A DNA stretch of 64,000 nt. It comes from Epiperipatus broadwayi. Its lineage: Eukaryota > Animalia > Onychophora. The stretch's first letter is position 1. The number at the start of each line of letters is the position of its first letter. The stretch lies in assembly GCA_028023455.1 (NCBI GenBank), contig JAQFVV010000003.1, positions 8,494,001 through 8,558,000 of the forward strand, written 5' to 3'. The notes under the pieces are model-generated. The model was not told the DNA's origin. It made no database searches and was given only the letters and a program-made list of their open reading frames with translations. Position numbers and translations under genes: made by a program. This document shows positions 1-15,290 of this stretch, in pieces.

Positions 1-3000
1 CATGATCCTCTTTAAAACAAACTTTGTATGTAATTCTATATATTACAAAATAGCATATATTTAAAAAATAATTTTCAAAATTTTAAAAAAAAAAAATTTA
101 AATTCTTAAATATCAAAAAATAACATTCTTATATTATGTCAATAAATAAACAATTTATAAATTTATATTCACACAATATTACTTTAGCATTTTATTATAA
201 AGCAAATAATCTATCAATGTTTTTAGTTTTTGTTTATACTTTTACTTTCTAATAAATTCTAAATCTTTTAATCAATTTTCCAAGAATATTATATTATCTT
301 GTAATATTGAAAAATCTAATCTCTACTAATGTTTATATTAATGGATAAATTATTTATCTTCATATATGGAAAACACTTGACCCATTTCAAGAAGCCAAAA
401 AAATTAAATGATAGATATACAAAAACAATATAAAATCTATTAAAAATGATAGATAAAAAGTAGTTTAATGATTATTCACTGAAATTCAGCAAACATTAAG
501 TATAACTTAATTATTAGCTTTAAGTACAACTCAGATATTACAATTCAAAACATTCTCTACATTTACACATATATGTAAAGTATAATACATATAGATATAA
601 CTTTACTATACCAATTACATAATGATTACATGTATTTGAAAAATTGGAGTTAATATTAATTATATATAGTCTTTTTTTTAAAAATAATCACATAATCATT
701 AACTTATTTATATATAAAAATAAAGTGACATTTACTTGCTCGTGACAAAATTTTATCACTTTTACTATCTCGAAAAATGTTAATATTAGAAAGTCGCAGA
801 AATGCAAACCAAAACTTTCTTTTATTTAAACTTGTAACAAATGACAAAAATTAAAGGAAATGAAGTTAATGCTTTCAAAAGTAAAAAAAAAAAAAAGAAT
901 TACTGCATTTCTGAGTAATAAGGATTAAAAAAGAGAGTAAAGATTTGATTATTATTATAATTGTTAATAAAATAAAAATATTGATCCAAATTAGAAAAAA
1001 AAAAAATCCATCCATGTAAAAAAATATTGCATTGAAATCATGATGAGAGGTGCCAAAACAATAACAATTCAAAAATAATGGATGTGAAAAATGATATACA
1101 ATTATTGAATGTAACAAGTCACTGTATACAAGTCTTTTTGATAAATCTTACTTTAAAGCTTTTAATGTGACAACTTATGCTTTAATTTCCAAAACCTATT
1201 TATGTAACTGAGTTTTTATATTTTTAAATATTTTTATCTAGTTTTTAATTTATTTTTTTCATCTCCAATGGGAATTAATTTTTATTCCTATTTTTTACAA
1301 TTTAAACATTTGATTTCATAAATTCTATTTAAACATTCTAAGTCATGTATTTTACTATCATTATAAAATATTTTTCATATTTTTGTGTCTGAATTCAATT
1401 TCAATGCTGAGATTTTATTGCCTTTTATTTATTTTTTTATGGTGATATATTAATATTTAAACTATTATATTTTTTTCTTAAACTTTTTTCTATTATTTTT
1501 ATTTTTATATTATTTTTATTTTTCTCTTATTTATATACATTGTTTTATTTATTAATAAATTATTAAATGAATTAATTAAAGATATAAAAAAAATATTACA
1601 AATTACTTTTTGTCTTAATTTATTACTGGAATATATTTTATTGTTTTAATGTTATTATCAATTTCTAATTAGTTAAAAGTTCATAATAAGTATTTCCCCC
1701 ATATATATTACTTTCAATGTGCATTCTTTCATTTTTTACTTTTTTTGGTAATCTTTATATCCATATGATTAATTTGATTACATATTTCTTCATTTTAAAT
1801 TGTATATTATTTTTTAATTTTATAATTATAATTATATATATGTATATATTTTATCTTATTATCATTAAAATTTTAAAAAAATATTCATCTATATACCATG
1901 TTTACCTGAAAATAAGACTGGGTCTTATATTAATTTTTGCTCCAAAAGGCAATGTAGGGATTATTTTCAGGGAAGGTGTTATTTTTTTTTATACAAAAAT
2001 CTACATTTATTCAAGTACAAAAATGTACATTTATTCTTTTTATAGAAAGCTATAAGATTCTTACTCAAAAACTCTGCACAATTTCTCTCTTATGCTTTCT
2101 GGAATAGCTTATTTTTTTGCACTCATTTTATCTGAGGCTTAAAATATTATTCCATTAAATCAAGTGTTAATTGTACACTTATGAAACAGGAGTGGTAACA
2201 AAAATGATTACAGTTAAGAATGATTTGTCCATACAAAAGTAACAAAAATATGTAGGCACAAAAATTCAAAAATTCTGTATTTCATACATGCACATTAAGT
2301 ATATCCATTACAGCACACAGCGTACTGAATTACAATGATTCATATATGACACAATCATGTCCAATCATTTTCAAGTACAGACACTGTAAACACTTTCCAA
2401 ATTACTCATAATAGCTCTGCTTTGGCTTTTTTTTAAAAAACATTTCTTTAGGAGAAAGATTGATTTAACTTAAGCTAAACTTTGATTGTTAAAATCACTC
2501 CCATTATTTAAAGTTAGGAGAAAAAAAATGTTTAAAAAATCAAACTGATTTTCTTTTATCTTGAATATTTAAAAGCTACCATGATATAACTCTAAAACTA
2601 ATAAGTCAAGCATTCTTAATCTAAGCATTAAATATAAATAAAACAAATATCTAAAAATACATAAATGAAATTATAAACTGTTTGATATACTGGTTTGTGA
2701 TAGATAAAATTTTAAAAGTTTGTTAAATCGTTCATAAAGTCAATAAAGATTCAGTTGAGAAGAAATTGTTTCTCTATACAGATAAAATTATATTTGCCAA
2801 AAATTTTCAATATTAAAATATATAAGTACCATATAATTTATACTATTATTTATTTAAAGCATTAATGTCAATAATGTTGTTTATTTATACATTCATTACT
2901 TTATAATTCAATATGACTGTCACATATTTCACCGGGCAAACAAAAGCTATTTAATCTGCTGACAATCTTAACTAAGGCTTAATTTGGGATAGGGCTTATA

Positions 3001-5949
3001 TTATTAGTATCCTAAAACATCATGCTAGAGCTTATTTCAGAAAAATATGGTATCTACTGACTTATATTTAAATTCTTTAAAATATTTATTTTCATAATCT
3101 TTTATATATAATTATTATTATGTAAATAAATATTCTTCAGTATTTCAGATAGAGATAATTTTATTGTCATTATTTTTCTTTAAGTTATTATTTAAAAATA
3201 TTACTATATAACCATTTTGACGTATTCTCAAAAATAAATGTTTATTTAATTAATAATTGACAAAATGGGAATATCCTTTTTATGTATTCATTTATATCCA
3301 TTTGTTTTATTTCAATCACTGTATATTTCTTGTTATAAAAATTTAATGAAATAATTTTATTTCTATTTTGTTAACTAAGCACTCGTTAATAAAATATTTT
3401 TCAATTAATAAATTTACTTTTTTATCATATTCATCTTTGTCTATTATTACCATATAAGTACTTTTATCCATATTTAAAATAAAAAATACAAAAATAAATA
3501 AATTGAAAACTACATTAAACCCACATTTAAAAGATAACCCAGTTATATATAAATATGTTTGGAAATAAAACATAAAAACTATGATATTAAAATAATGAAA
3601 AGTACTTTTCAATACTATGTAAAAAGAGATGATCCATATAAAAGTGAAGATTTGTGGGGTTTTTTCCATAGAGTAAAAAAAAAAAATACTCTTGCACAAC
3701 TGATAAAAAAAATTAAGAATTATATTATAAAATAAAAGTATAAATAGAAGCTAAAAAAACTATTAGGAACATGCATTTTACATTATCATCATCCTCATCA
3801 ATTATCATCATAATTTAATTCTTATTTATTACATGCAGAAATACACAAGTACATATTAACACATAATTAATAATTATAAACAAATATACAATAAACAAAA
3901 CATTATACAATGTATTAACATTTTAACAAAAATATACAACAATAAAGAAAATTACAATTCATAATCAAAATACGATTTATAAATACATGTTATCTATACG
4001 TATAAATACATGTTATCTACAATAAATTCAATTTCTTTTTAACATTAGTTACAAAGTAATCACAAAAAATATCAATGTTAATGAATTTTTGATTATATAT
4101 CTTTTGCAATCTGTTAATGACAGGAAAAATAATTTTTATTTTTTTTTAATATTAAAAGTGCATTGTGTGAATAATAAGATGTTCATATCTAAAATATAGT
4201 TTGACTTATAGAATTACACATTTTCAAATATTTATGTTAAGATATGCATCTGTATCATTAAAATCTCCAAAAACCACTTTCAATTATTAAAATTTACATT
4301 AAATGTATAAATATTTAAAATGTATATTTTTGTAAAATCTATTATTAAGCATTTAAAAAAATGTAAATTGCAAACAAATCAACATGTTGTTTTAATGGAA
4401 TGTGCTTATCAGTAATATGATTTTTATCAACAATATCCTAGGCAGATGCAATAGTTAGCATACTAGTTTTGAAAACATGTTTTTTAGTTAACAGATAGTT
4501 TGTCTATAAAATCAAAAGAAAAATAATATTCAAACAGTTGTTATAATTGTTAAAAAGTTGAAGTTGTTAGATAGTTAGAGCAGTGTTGCTGAAAAGTTGT
4601 GAGAGCTATTATATTGAAATTCAGTTAAAACCAGAAGAAGAATTCTATGACAGTCAACCATAAGGTACCAGCTAATTCTAATATTAAACATTGATCACAC
4701 TGGTGGTAAGACAATAAATTAATCTTGGAAAAATATTTTTTAGTATATTCCTTAACTAAACTATGGATTCCTTTACAAAAGCAGTTATGGTCTACAAAAT
4801 AACTGGCTAGAGATACATAGAAATGTGTTGCCCATCGGTTTCACACTATGTAGTTCCTCAGAGGTGAAAGGTTGATATATTGGAAGAATTTATCATGTTC
4901 TGCTTGTCTAGAAAAAAAAAAAGAAAGTTGAACATGTTAATCAGTTTTTGAAACAAGCCTACAACTCAGGAAAAAAGCTACACCAAGATTACAATAATCT
5001 TGCTAAAAATTCAAATAATATTTTCATCCATGTTAACCATCATTATCCAACCAAATATTCAAGATTTGCCATAGATAGCTTAAAAATATAGCTATATCAG
5101 ATATCTTTGAAATTGTGATGTGCATACACTTTAAATCAATTGACCAGTAGAAATTTATACATTATAACATTTCTAGAATGCCTAAAATTATGATTAATTA
5201 ATTTTTTTATTTTTCTATTTTAAATATGTATGTGTGATATTTTTTCTTTTCTTTGCTTGTAAAATTTTGAGAGAAATACAAATTAAACAGAGAGAAGTAG
5301 GTAGATTTTTTGTATTTATCTTCTTCAATCAATTTACAGTATGGCATTAAATGCATTCAATAAGGTATTGCCAAAATTATTAAATGTTTTAAAAGAAATA
5401 TTCAAGAATATATTTAAATCCAATTGTAATTAATGGAAAATTCTAAGCATAAACTCATTTTCTAACTTTGGTCTTTATCATTATAACATATACTTAATCC
5501 CATCATATGATGATATTACTTTGTTAGTAATAAAATTGTTATTATTAATAAGAATACCTATTTCTATTTCATTATTTTTGTATAAATAAATGCACCTTAT
5601 CTCTATAGTATATATCTGATTAATCAAAATAGTTAAATAAATGTGAGATATATATCATAAATAAACATTTGTGCTCTATATTCACTAGCAATTGAAAACA
5701 ACAATATATATATTTTTTACAACATAGGTTTGAAAGGATTTCTTCCCTTAAAAAAAAAGAAAAAAAATAACACCTGCATTAGAAAAATTTGTTTTATTTA
5801 TGTATAAAGAAAGCTGCCTTTACCAGATGACCCTTTGGCAAACCATGAAAAAATTGGTTCACAGATAGATTATGTATCTGGTAATGTAATTATTATCATT
5901 AGAGGAATAAATTGTAATTCACATTTACATAAAATGAGACTAAGTTTGA

Positions 5950-6250
5950 TCATTGTCATTATTTTATGGTTGTATAATATTTGAATATAATGAGAAAATC
6001 AATATTATTCTTATCTTATGGTTGGCATCCCATGTGGTCAGGTATACAAAAGCATTAGTCATTCTATATAGTATTCCTCATTTTGTGTCAAGACCAGCCC
6101 ATTATATTTTCATGTTACTATATGTGGCCATGTCATTAGAGTGTTATCTCTCCTCAATTTAGGCATCCCTTCCAATTTATTTGGACCTGATATGGAGTCA
6201 ATTTATAGTAAAATAATTTCTCATCAGGTTAGGAACACATTCTCTTTACA
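5950..6250 (-). mobile_element. Highly decayed LINE C-terminal fragment
   Basis: Minus-strand translation has W-x-H and G-x-P-x-I-R remnants resembling the RW.GHV...GRP..RW tail of RTE/L2-type ORFs; many stops. Confidence 0.3.
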
Positions 6251-7322
6251 ATATACTATATTCAGATGTAGTAGAAGATTATAATAAATTATAATCTTTG
6301 ATAATGACCATAGTATATAATTGAAACATAGGTTGTATTGTTTTTATTATTTTATAATGTATATCATATATTATTCATATTAGTAATCAAGTCTTTGTAA
6401 AGAAAAAAGATAGAGTGAAGAATTTTCTATAATAAATTTTATGATTTAAAAAAAATCTTACAATATAATATTTAAAATCTAAATAATAGTACAGTCAACA
6501 AATATATTACTATAAGTTTTCTATTCAAATGAATCTTTTATAGATAATATTCAATTTTATTTTTTAAAAAAATATTATAAGATTACTTAATTTTTCTTTT
6601 CTGTCAGGATGCAACAATGATATATGTAGTATACATATTCATTTAGTTTATGTGAGATGTTCAGGTGTGTAAGATTTCTCAATCATCTGATGAAAAGAAT
6701 TTCGTATAAAATGCAGGTATAGAAAGATGTGACTGGTTAACAAGCTTTGAATGAATGTGCAGCTAATCTAAAAGATTTATCTAGTTGCAGATATCTATTT
6801 AGAACATTAGGTAATTTATTGTGTATATATGTCTTGCAATACATATTTCTGTCCTATTGAGTGTTGTAAATGGATATAAATTAATCCACTTATTACTAGG
6901 TATGAAGTTTAAAATACTGATGAATTAAATGTCAATATACATATATAATCAATAGCTAAAACATTCAAACTCCCAAATCAAATTAATTGTAATTAAGATA
7001 TATAAATAGAATGTCTATTGTTTAGTTCACACAACAAATGGGAAATTTTCTGTGAAATATATATATATATAGTGAGAGAGATTGATCTGAAAAATTTTAT
7101 TCTGATAGTTAAAGATTTAGAATAGATCTTTGGAGAAATGCTCAGCAAATCTGAAAGATCTGATTGGCCTTATATAATCAGGTGAATTAGTCAATTTATT
7201 AATAAAATATCAGCATGTAAATAAATAGACTAATACTTAAATAAAAAAATTATATATTAAATTTTTTTTAATTTACAAAATGTATTTAAATAATTCATTC
7301 AAAAATTCATATGTGTTATTAC

Positions 7323-7539
7323 CTTGATAACAGTTGTGCAGATGTTCTTTATTGTCAATTAATATTTTTAATTGTGATGAAAGACTATGTTCCTGTAAAC
7401 TTTTCTGAACCCACATTCGGTTACGAATTGCAAATCCATCCGAGGAATATAAATTTAATTCTATAGGAGGTGCTAAAATTGGTTGTAACCATCGTAAACC
7501 AATAAAAAAATCCCAAAAATCTTGACTAGAATCCAGTGA
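7323..7539 (-). CDS. RUBCN: Rubicon-like gene, coding exon 3 (RUN domain core)
   Basis: Poly-T ttag| acceptor and |gtaata donor; phase-0 start matches the exon 2 end. 217 nt: SLDSSQDFWDFFIGLRWLQPILAPPIELNLYSSDGFAIRNRMWVQKSLQEHSLSSQLKILIDNKEHLHNCYQ, matching the Rubicon motifs DYWQFVKDIRWLSP and [30 protein letters not shown]. No in-frame exon 4 was found in 1-7322. Confidence 0.93.
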
Positions 7540-9099
7540 CTAAAAAAAAAAAAAATTAAAAAAGATATGTAAATGCAACAAATTAAGTGATTAAATATTT
7601 TTATTAATGTAGGTTAAAAGTTTTCTAATCTAAAATTTAACATATTTAAAAAATAAAAAATGAATGTCTAATTGATGATTTAAAGTATTATATCTCTATT
7701 TATAGGAGGAGAGGAGAGATATTTACAAATAGATTTTGGTATTGAAAGTAATTTAATTTTAAAAATTACATTTTATATTTTTTAATACAATAAGATTATG
7801 CAAATGACAATTATCTGAACTCTGCCATTCATTCTCAACTTAAAATCTACTTTTAATAGAAGACTTAAATATTTTTGTAAAAAAGAAAATTATTTAGAAT
7901 TTTGAAATAAATATTAAACAGAAAACTGAAAAAAAAAAATCATGATTACATATTAACCATAATTTTATATGCATGCTATATCTAAAGCCTAAAAAATAAT
8001 AATAATTCTCATACAAATATTTGCTATAATTAATTAACTTTACATGAATTTTTATTAAAAATCTTTTATTTAAAAAAAAAAAAAAAAATCCTCACCCAAA
8101 TTCATATAATATTTGAAATTGTTTTGATTAGTTAATACTTGTATATCAATATTCTATTCATACAAAGTTTTTTAAAATGCATATACTGTCATAAATAATC
8201 AATTTTTTGATTTGTTATGTTTCATTTTAAAATAAATTTGTTTACAAAAATGTATAAATTTATAAACCTATTAAAAAGTTTTGAGTAATTGGCTTTATTG
8301 TCATACAAAAAATATGAATTACTAAAAATTGATGAAAATTATCATTTTGACAATATATAGTAAAAAAAAACAACAACTAAAATTATAGATAAAATTTGAT
8401 TACAATAAATATCAGATTATTATTTTCCTTAAGAAGAAAAATTAAAACGATCACTTAAATTATAATTTTAACATCTATCAATAATTGTACACAGATTATT
8501 TTGATTTTTGACAACAGACATGCAGATGATAAGAAATCATGCATAAATAAATCAGACTGTTTTTTCCTTATTTCAGAAAACATGAAATTTCTAACACAAA
8601 AAGGTTAAATTTAATTTTAACAATAGACATGAGATATGTTTACTAAATCATATTTTAGCACATTCAAGCTAATGCAAAATATTTAATATTAATTAAATAT
8701 TTCATATCAGGCTGTTTATACAATCAATGTTGAAAAAAATTTTTTTTTTGCAAAATGTTGTATATACATTTTTTAAAAAATATTTTATGTCATATATATA
8801 TGGATATGAATTAATATTGGTAGCTTTGCCAAAATGTTTATAGAGAGTTAATTTGAGAAATGGAATAATTCTGTCAGTGTGTTTGTTTGATAACAGATTA
8901 TCTGAAAAATTATGTTTATTAAAAAAAATTATCAAATTATTTTAGAAAATTTGAGAGGTGTTTACTTATAATTATATTTGAATTACTAATATACTTGAAC
9001 TTAACTTTTCTCTTTCTTTCAAAAAAAAAAAAAAAGGTTTACTGGTATGATATATTGAACCATATCTTCACTAAATGATCAAATTATATTTAAAAGATT

Positions 9100-9235
9100 T
9101 TTATAATGGTTCATGGATCATGGTTTCAACTTTGTCACTTCTGCTAATTCCCAAGCAATAAATCATCTGACTGACCATTATATTTTCACTAGTATAGTTT
9201 GAATGTTACACATAGAGAATGTTCCAGAAATAAGA
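9100..9235 (-). mobile_element. LINE AP-endonuclease N-terminal remnant
   Basis: Minus-strand WNI...ENIM..M.YCLGISRS resembles TWNVRSL...ILGISEVRW. Confidence 0.35.
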
Positions 9236-10389
9236 TTATGATAAATAAAAATTACATTTTCTAATGATTAAAATGAAAATTATTGCCTTTTCGCTTTTTA
9301 TCTCATTAAAGTTGGTTGAGCAATATATATTAAAAAAAAGATAGGAGATTTGCAATAGTTCTGTGTTGAATCCTAAATTATCACTGATAAAGACTATAAC
9401 CAGAAACTGGTAAGAAGTATTTATTATAGCACTATATGATGTCCATTGATTATTAAGATTTACAATAGATAACTAGAATAAGGTGGAATTTCTTGAAAGC
9501 ATAATGAGTAAGCTGAAAAAATCACATGATACTGTTGTTAAAACTGGAAAAAGATGTAACTAAAACAAAGGTATTCACAATTTTCATATTAGTTTAAAAT
9601 TAATTTTTTGGCCAAATAAAATTTTTAATATTTTCTACTGAATTATATGTAAATATAAAATACAAATTAAATGTAAATAAAAGGTTATTATTAAGTTGTA
9701 TAAGTGTTAAAATGATAAAGAAATATTTAGAGAGATTATTTAATTATTTCCATATAATATTAGGGAATATCAATACTCTTTTGACAAAATAATCCATAAC
9801 TTTAATGTAATTTTCACAATATTTATGTATAGTAAAAAAATGAAGACTAATTAAAATTAAACAATAAAACAGACTCATAACTTAAAAATACAAAGTATAA
9901 ATAAGTTATGTTATTTAATGAAAATCAAAAACTATTAGAGCTAATCTAGACAGACTTTCTTAGTTCAAGAATGACTGAACATGCTTCTTTAGTTCACAGA
10001 TCAATCTAAGAAAAACACAGAGATTTCTCTTATTGTAATATTAAATTATATTATAATAATACTGTTAAACACAAATTCATAAAAGAAAGCATGTTAAAAT
10101 TAAAATTTAATGCACTCTAATAATCTACAAAGCTATATATTTCATCTTTAAATTTGATTGAAGAGAATATCATTGAGAAAATAAATGTAATATCTCAAAT
10201 ATATGGAGCAATTCTCTGATGTTTGATAAAACAATTACAGAGCTATCAGAGATTAGAGGGTTTTAAAGTGAAGCTGCTAAGTGTGTGATAGTTGTGAATA
10301 AATTAACAAATGAATAAAAACTAATAAGCTAAATAATTACAAAACAGAACTTAATTAGTAGACTAAAACAATTTCAATATTTCTGACAT

Positions 10390-10515
10390 ATCTTATTTAT
10401 TTGATGTGGAATCTTCAAACCATGAACATAGATTAATGCTACTGGATAAGGAATTATCAAGAGTTCATGAGATAGTTTCCCTTAATGAAACTCATATTCC
10501 AGAGGAAGGAGGTTG
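10390..10515 (+). mobile_element. RTE-type LINE endonuclease N-terminal remnant
   Basis: WNLQTM...DKELSRVHEIVSLNETHIPEEG resembles WNVRTL...REL.R..IDI.ALSETR...EG. Confidence 0.5.
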
Positions 10516-11387
10516 ATTTTTTTTTGTTGTTTTCATTTTGGTAAAAAAATTATAAATTTATAAATTTCAAATAAATAAATAAATAAAATGCAGTATTATT
10601 ATTTTGAAATGAAACTTACAGATTATACTAAAACATTATTTTCAATAAGGATGTCTGGTTCATATTTTAGGTATTAGGTTAGAAAGAAGTACTTATCAAA
10701 AAAATTTATCAGAATTATAGTTTTATAAGTAACTTGATATTTTGTAATAAATACCACTGTGTAATAAATTGATAAAAGTTAAAAAAGATTATAATAATGA
10801 CATTGTTGCATAAAACTTATATTTTAGAGTCTCATAATTTTACCTAATGTTCAAAATTATTGAGATCAAAAATGAAATATTGAATTTGGTATCAGAATTT
10901 CATTTTGTGAACAACTGATATTAAATATTCCTGATATAAAATATGTTTATTAACATTAAAAGCATTTGTGCAGAATAAATAATAATAAAAACAAATTACA
11001 TTCTCATTACAATTTCTGTGTAACACATAATATATACATAAAAAAAAAGAAATAACATAATCCAGGTAAAATTTACAGCTGACAAGATTAACTAGTAATG
11101 AGTTCATGTGATAATGTTAGTAAAATATTATTCAAATTCATATTATTATATTAACAAGTGATAAGCCAGTGAACATCAATAGTTATTCTATAATGGTTGA
11201 ATTATGGTTAATGCTCATATATTTTTTTGCTGGTATCCAAGCAACTGATTCACAATACTAAAAAAATCAGATACATTATAAAGGTTCCCACTGTTTAAAA
11301 AATTCTTGATGACTTAATTATTCTCAGGATATCAAAGATATTTAGAAAAGTTTGATAGAATGGGTGTGTTATTTGTATCTTACAAAA

Positions 11388-14300
11388 TGTGTATTGACTA
11401 GTTATGTATGTATTAATAAAGTTATACACATAAGTGTGTGTGTACAAGCTAGTCAATACAGGCAATGTCAAGTCACTCTAGAAATAATTATATATATGAA
11501 AAAGAATTAGATACTGCAAGTGACAACAGTCTAATTTGCATTTAATAAAATCTAACAATGTGCAAATTAGCAAAGTTAATAAATTGCCTGCAAAACATTT
11601 TAAATGAAGAGTGAAAAATAAAAAATGAAAAAATGTAAAATGAAAAGCAGACTACTGAAACTTGAAGAAATGAGTGAAAGCTGATAATGCAGTTGCAGAG
11701 AAGAATAGAAATAGTAAAGAGTTCCAATCAAATTTAATTAGATTGACTCAAGGGGAATAAGTGAACAGCAAGATGCTTACTTAAAAATTGCTGATGAATA
11801 GTCTGAAATTAAGGGAATTAAAGAAAATATATAGTTATTAAAATAAAGACTAATAAATTGTGGAGTTTAAGAAGTTCTAATATGAACTGTTCCATGATTT
11901 ACATTGTTTATTACTTTTCATAGTCAGTCATTAAATTACTAATTTATTATGATTATTACTAATATATATATGTATATATATTATTCAGAGCAAATAAACT
12001 CAGTAAGTTATTCAAGATAACTTGTACATGTATTTAAATTTAAATTAATATTAATTGTATGACTGTTATATTATAGTCTGTCACCAGAACCTGTATAAAA
12101 ATTTGTTCATACATATCAAATGATTAGTATATACAAACAGAAATACAGAATAGTATGATTTTAGCATCTGATGTGAAAAATTTGAGACATTGGCAGATAT
12201 ATGTAATTCATGTAGAGAAATACATATTAATAAACGGGATTACTGGTGACAAGTTGAAAGTCGCCACTCTATTATGGTTGTCAGAACAGGATGTTCTACA
12301 AATGGCAAACTAATTATGTGATTTGAAGCTGCTAGAAGCAATTCCATATGTGGAATTACTAATAAAGTGAAATTTGTACTTCAAATCAATAACAATGGAG
12401 TTTACATCACATCTTCATTTGTGTGGTTTAATGCAACCATAAGATGAAAGAATAAATGAATATGATTTAATACTACAAACATTAATGAAGGAATGTAAAT
12501 TCAAGCATTATATTGAAGAGATGCTATTGGACCAGTTATTATGGAGTATTAAAAATATGAAGCTTAGGCAGATGCTCATAAGTGAATCAAAGCTAATTTA
12601 TAAGGTTACCATTCGAAACTATCCTACAGCACACGCAAGAATTTAAAAATGCGAATGAATATCTAAACCAAACACATATATAAATGTAGTAAAGGCACAG
12701 ATGACAGAGAAGTTTGGTAAGAAGGTGCCCAATAATTGTCATTGTTGCAGAAAGAAGGGTCGTATTTAAAAAATATTACTTTAAATCTTATAGGGCCACA
12801 TTAAAAAAATATTACTTTAAAATTTAAGTGTTTTAGTTGCAGCTTGACAGATCATTATCAAAGGTTTGCAATAAAAAAGAGCAAATAAAAAAGAGGATTT
12901 ACCAAAATTGAGAATAGGAGCGACAAAAAATAATCACGAATGTCAATATTCAGAAAATAAATGTCCGAAACAAATTTCTACCACTATATAAGTTAAATTG
13001 AAAGGCTGCAAACCTCTCATGCTTATTCTTATCTGACAGCACAATCAGATATTATTATGGCTGTCTGAATAATGATCAAACCATAATCACAAGATTAAGA
13101 ATTTTACAAGAAAAGGGTGGTACACTCTCTTCTGTATTTGTCTTGATATATATCTAAGCCAGTCTGAAGCATTTAGGTTTGAAAGTGTGAAGCTTTAAAT
13201 ATCTTCACATTTAACTCACTGAGTCTAAATTATAAATACACAGCGTGAAATCCTACGATTTACTATACAGTAGCTTTTTAGATGTTATAAATTGCAGTAA
13301 CGTATGTAAATTAATTTATTTTATAAAGCGCAGACAGTTTGAAATTAAATTGAAAGGCTGCAAACCTCTCGCGCTTATTCTTATCTGACAGCCAATCAGA
13401 TGTTATGATAGCTGTCTGAATAACAATCAAACCATAAACACAAGACAGAGAATTTTGATGAAATCCAAAGTAGTAAATAGTAAAATTGTAGCAGAATGGA
13501 CTAAAATGAATAAGGATTATAACTAGTTAATAAATTGGATAAAAAAATGATAGCCAAAAAAATGACCAAATTATATAGTACGGGCAATATGGAATGTTCA
13601 AGAAAGTTTGTTGACATGCCAAGAATGCATATTAATTGCAGACTGAGTAATAATTCTACCCAAGGTAAGAAAGTGCTTTACAATTATTACACCACAGAAT
13701 AATAAGAATAAAGGAATTAGCTAGTTCATGTGTTTGGTAGCTAGAATTAAATTGATATTGAGCAGACTTTAAAAAAATGTCACCCTTGCCATCAAATAAT
13801 AAGTTTGCTGGCTAAAAAAATTCCGAAGTTAGCCTGAGGCTATGATAAGATGGGAACCAGTTCATTTAAACCATTCTTGAGTATTCCACAAATATATTTT
13901 TTAATAGCTTTAGATGCATATTCAAAATGGATAGAATATCACTTATTAAAAAAAATACCAATACAGGGATGAAGTGCTTACAATAATGATGTTTTACTAG
14001 CACTTCATGCCAAGTTCCATTACAAAAAAATTACCCACAGAATTATTAATGAAGCAACATGTAAGAATACATTTGTCTGTTTTAAAACTGGATAAAGTAA
14101 AAAGAATAGATGTAAACTTAGAAGTTTAAAGTAAAACAGACATTTTGGATAAGGATACACTTAAGAAAAAATGGTTAGTCTCTGCACAAATATGAGATAA
14201 GATTAGAAAATGATAAAAGTTTTGACACACCATATAAAACATATAAGAGAACATCCAATTAAAATGCTAGAAGATGCAACTACTACTCTGATTATGGATA

Positions 14301-15290
14301 AAAATATTAAAGTGGATACTTCTACAAATACAGATATAAGCAGCAAATAATTCTTCAATTCAAGATGGAGTCAAATGAATTGGAGAATTTTTCAGAAGTA
14401 GATTTATACCCTTCAAATCAGTCTTCTCTGGAAGAAGATAAAACTATTGAGCAGTGGGAGATAAGATATATACTTCTAACAAGGTCTGCCTAAGTGTAGT
14501 GGAAATACAAAAGATGGAAGGATTATTTTTTTGTAAAAAAAACTGCTTAGTTCTAGAGTGAATGGGAAGTATTGTTGTATACTGATTAGTTATGTATTTA
14601 TGAATAAATTTATATATATATAAGTAGGTGTGTACAAGCTAGTCAATACAAGTAATGTTGAGTCACTTTAAAAATAATTATACGCAGAAAAAAAAGACTA
14701 ACTCCAAAGAATCAATAGTCTAATTTGCATTTAATAAAATCTAACAATATGCAAATTAACAATTTTAATGTATTGCCTGCAAAACTTTCTAAATGAAGAG
14801 TGAAAAACAAAGAAGAAAAAAAAATTAAGTGAAAAGCAGACAAGTGAAACTAGAAGAAATGAGTGAAAGCTAATAATGCAGTTGCAGACAAGAATAGAAA
14901 TAGTAAAGAGTTTCAATCAAATCTAATTAGACTGACTCAAAAAATGACTGAGCAGAAAGATGCTAGTGAACAATTGTCTGAAATTACGGGAGTTAGAGAA
15001 AACATATAGTTATTAAAATAAAAACTAAATTGTGGAGTTTGAGAAGAGTTCTAATTAGTTATCTATTGACTTATTTGTTTATCTATGGACATATGAATTA
15101 TGATTTACATTATTTATTGCTATGTAACTAGCCAGATACCAGTTGAATTACTAATTTATTATAATTATTACCAATACATATATATATATTATTCAGAGTG
15201 AATAAATTCGTTAAGTCATTTAAAACAACTTTCAATTTAAATTAATATTAATTGTACAGCTGTTAGATTATAGTCTGGCCCTGTACATAT
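11388..15290 (+). mobile_element. Mag-like Ty3/gypsy LTR retrotransposon, decayed, no recognisable RT/RNase H
   Basis: Direct LTRs at about 11388-12100 and 14573-15290, both starting TGT; 3' ends uncertain. PBS-like tggtgacaag at 12244; purine tract before the 3' LTR. Gag remnant IEEMLLDQLLWSIKNMKLRQML plus CCHC-like knuckles. Integrase remnants LLHH..RIKELASSCVW...CHPC and LIALDAYSKWIE. Confidence 0.8.
12993..13456 (+). repeat. About 113-bp direct duplication (12993-13105 / 13345-13456) flanking a 239-bp foreign insert
   Basis: ttaaattgaaaggctgcaaacctctc...agaatttt occurs twice. The insert resembles part of the unit repeated at 30320-31665 (tttgaaagtg...ttttataaagcgc). Confidence 0.85.

Noticed and set aside
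4820-4870. Minus-strand CTGAGGA...GAAA hammerhead-like match
   Set aside because: No stem-I pairing, no U at the cleavage triplet, and no second copy.
5820-6812. Plus-strand exon-like pieces (LPLPDDPLAN..., CNNDICSIH..., ECAANLKDL...)
   Set aside because: The third piece has in-frame stops from its apparent acceptor, no protein family was recognised, and the neighbouring 5950-6250 segment reads as a minus-strand LINE remnant.
7020-7175. Candidate RUBCN exon 4
   Set aside because: Phase-compatible acceptors exist, but the translations lack the expected AFL...CL.AVE segment and reach stops without a good donor. Exon 4 probably lies beyond the window start.
11788-11815. CTGATGA-atagtct-GAAA in the Mag LTR
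   Set aside because: No stems, and the partner LTR lacks the motif.
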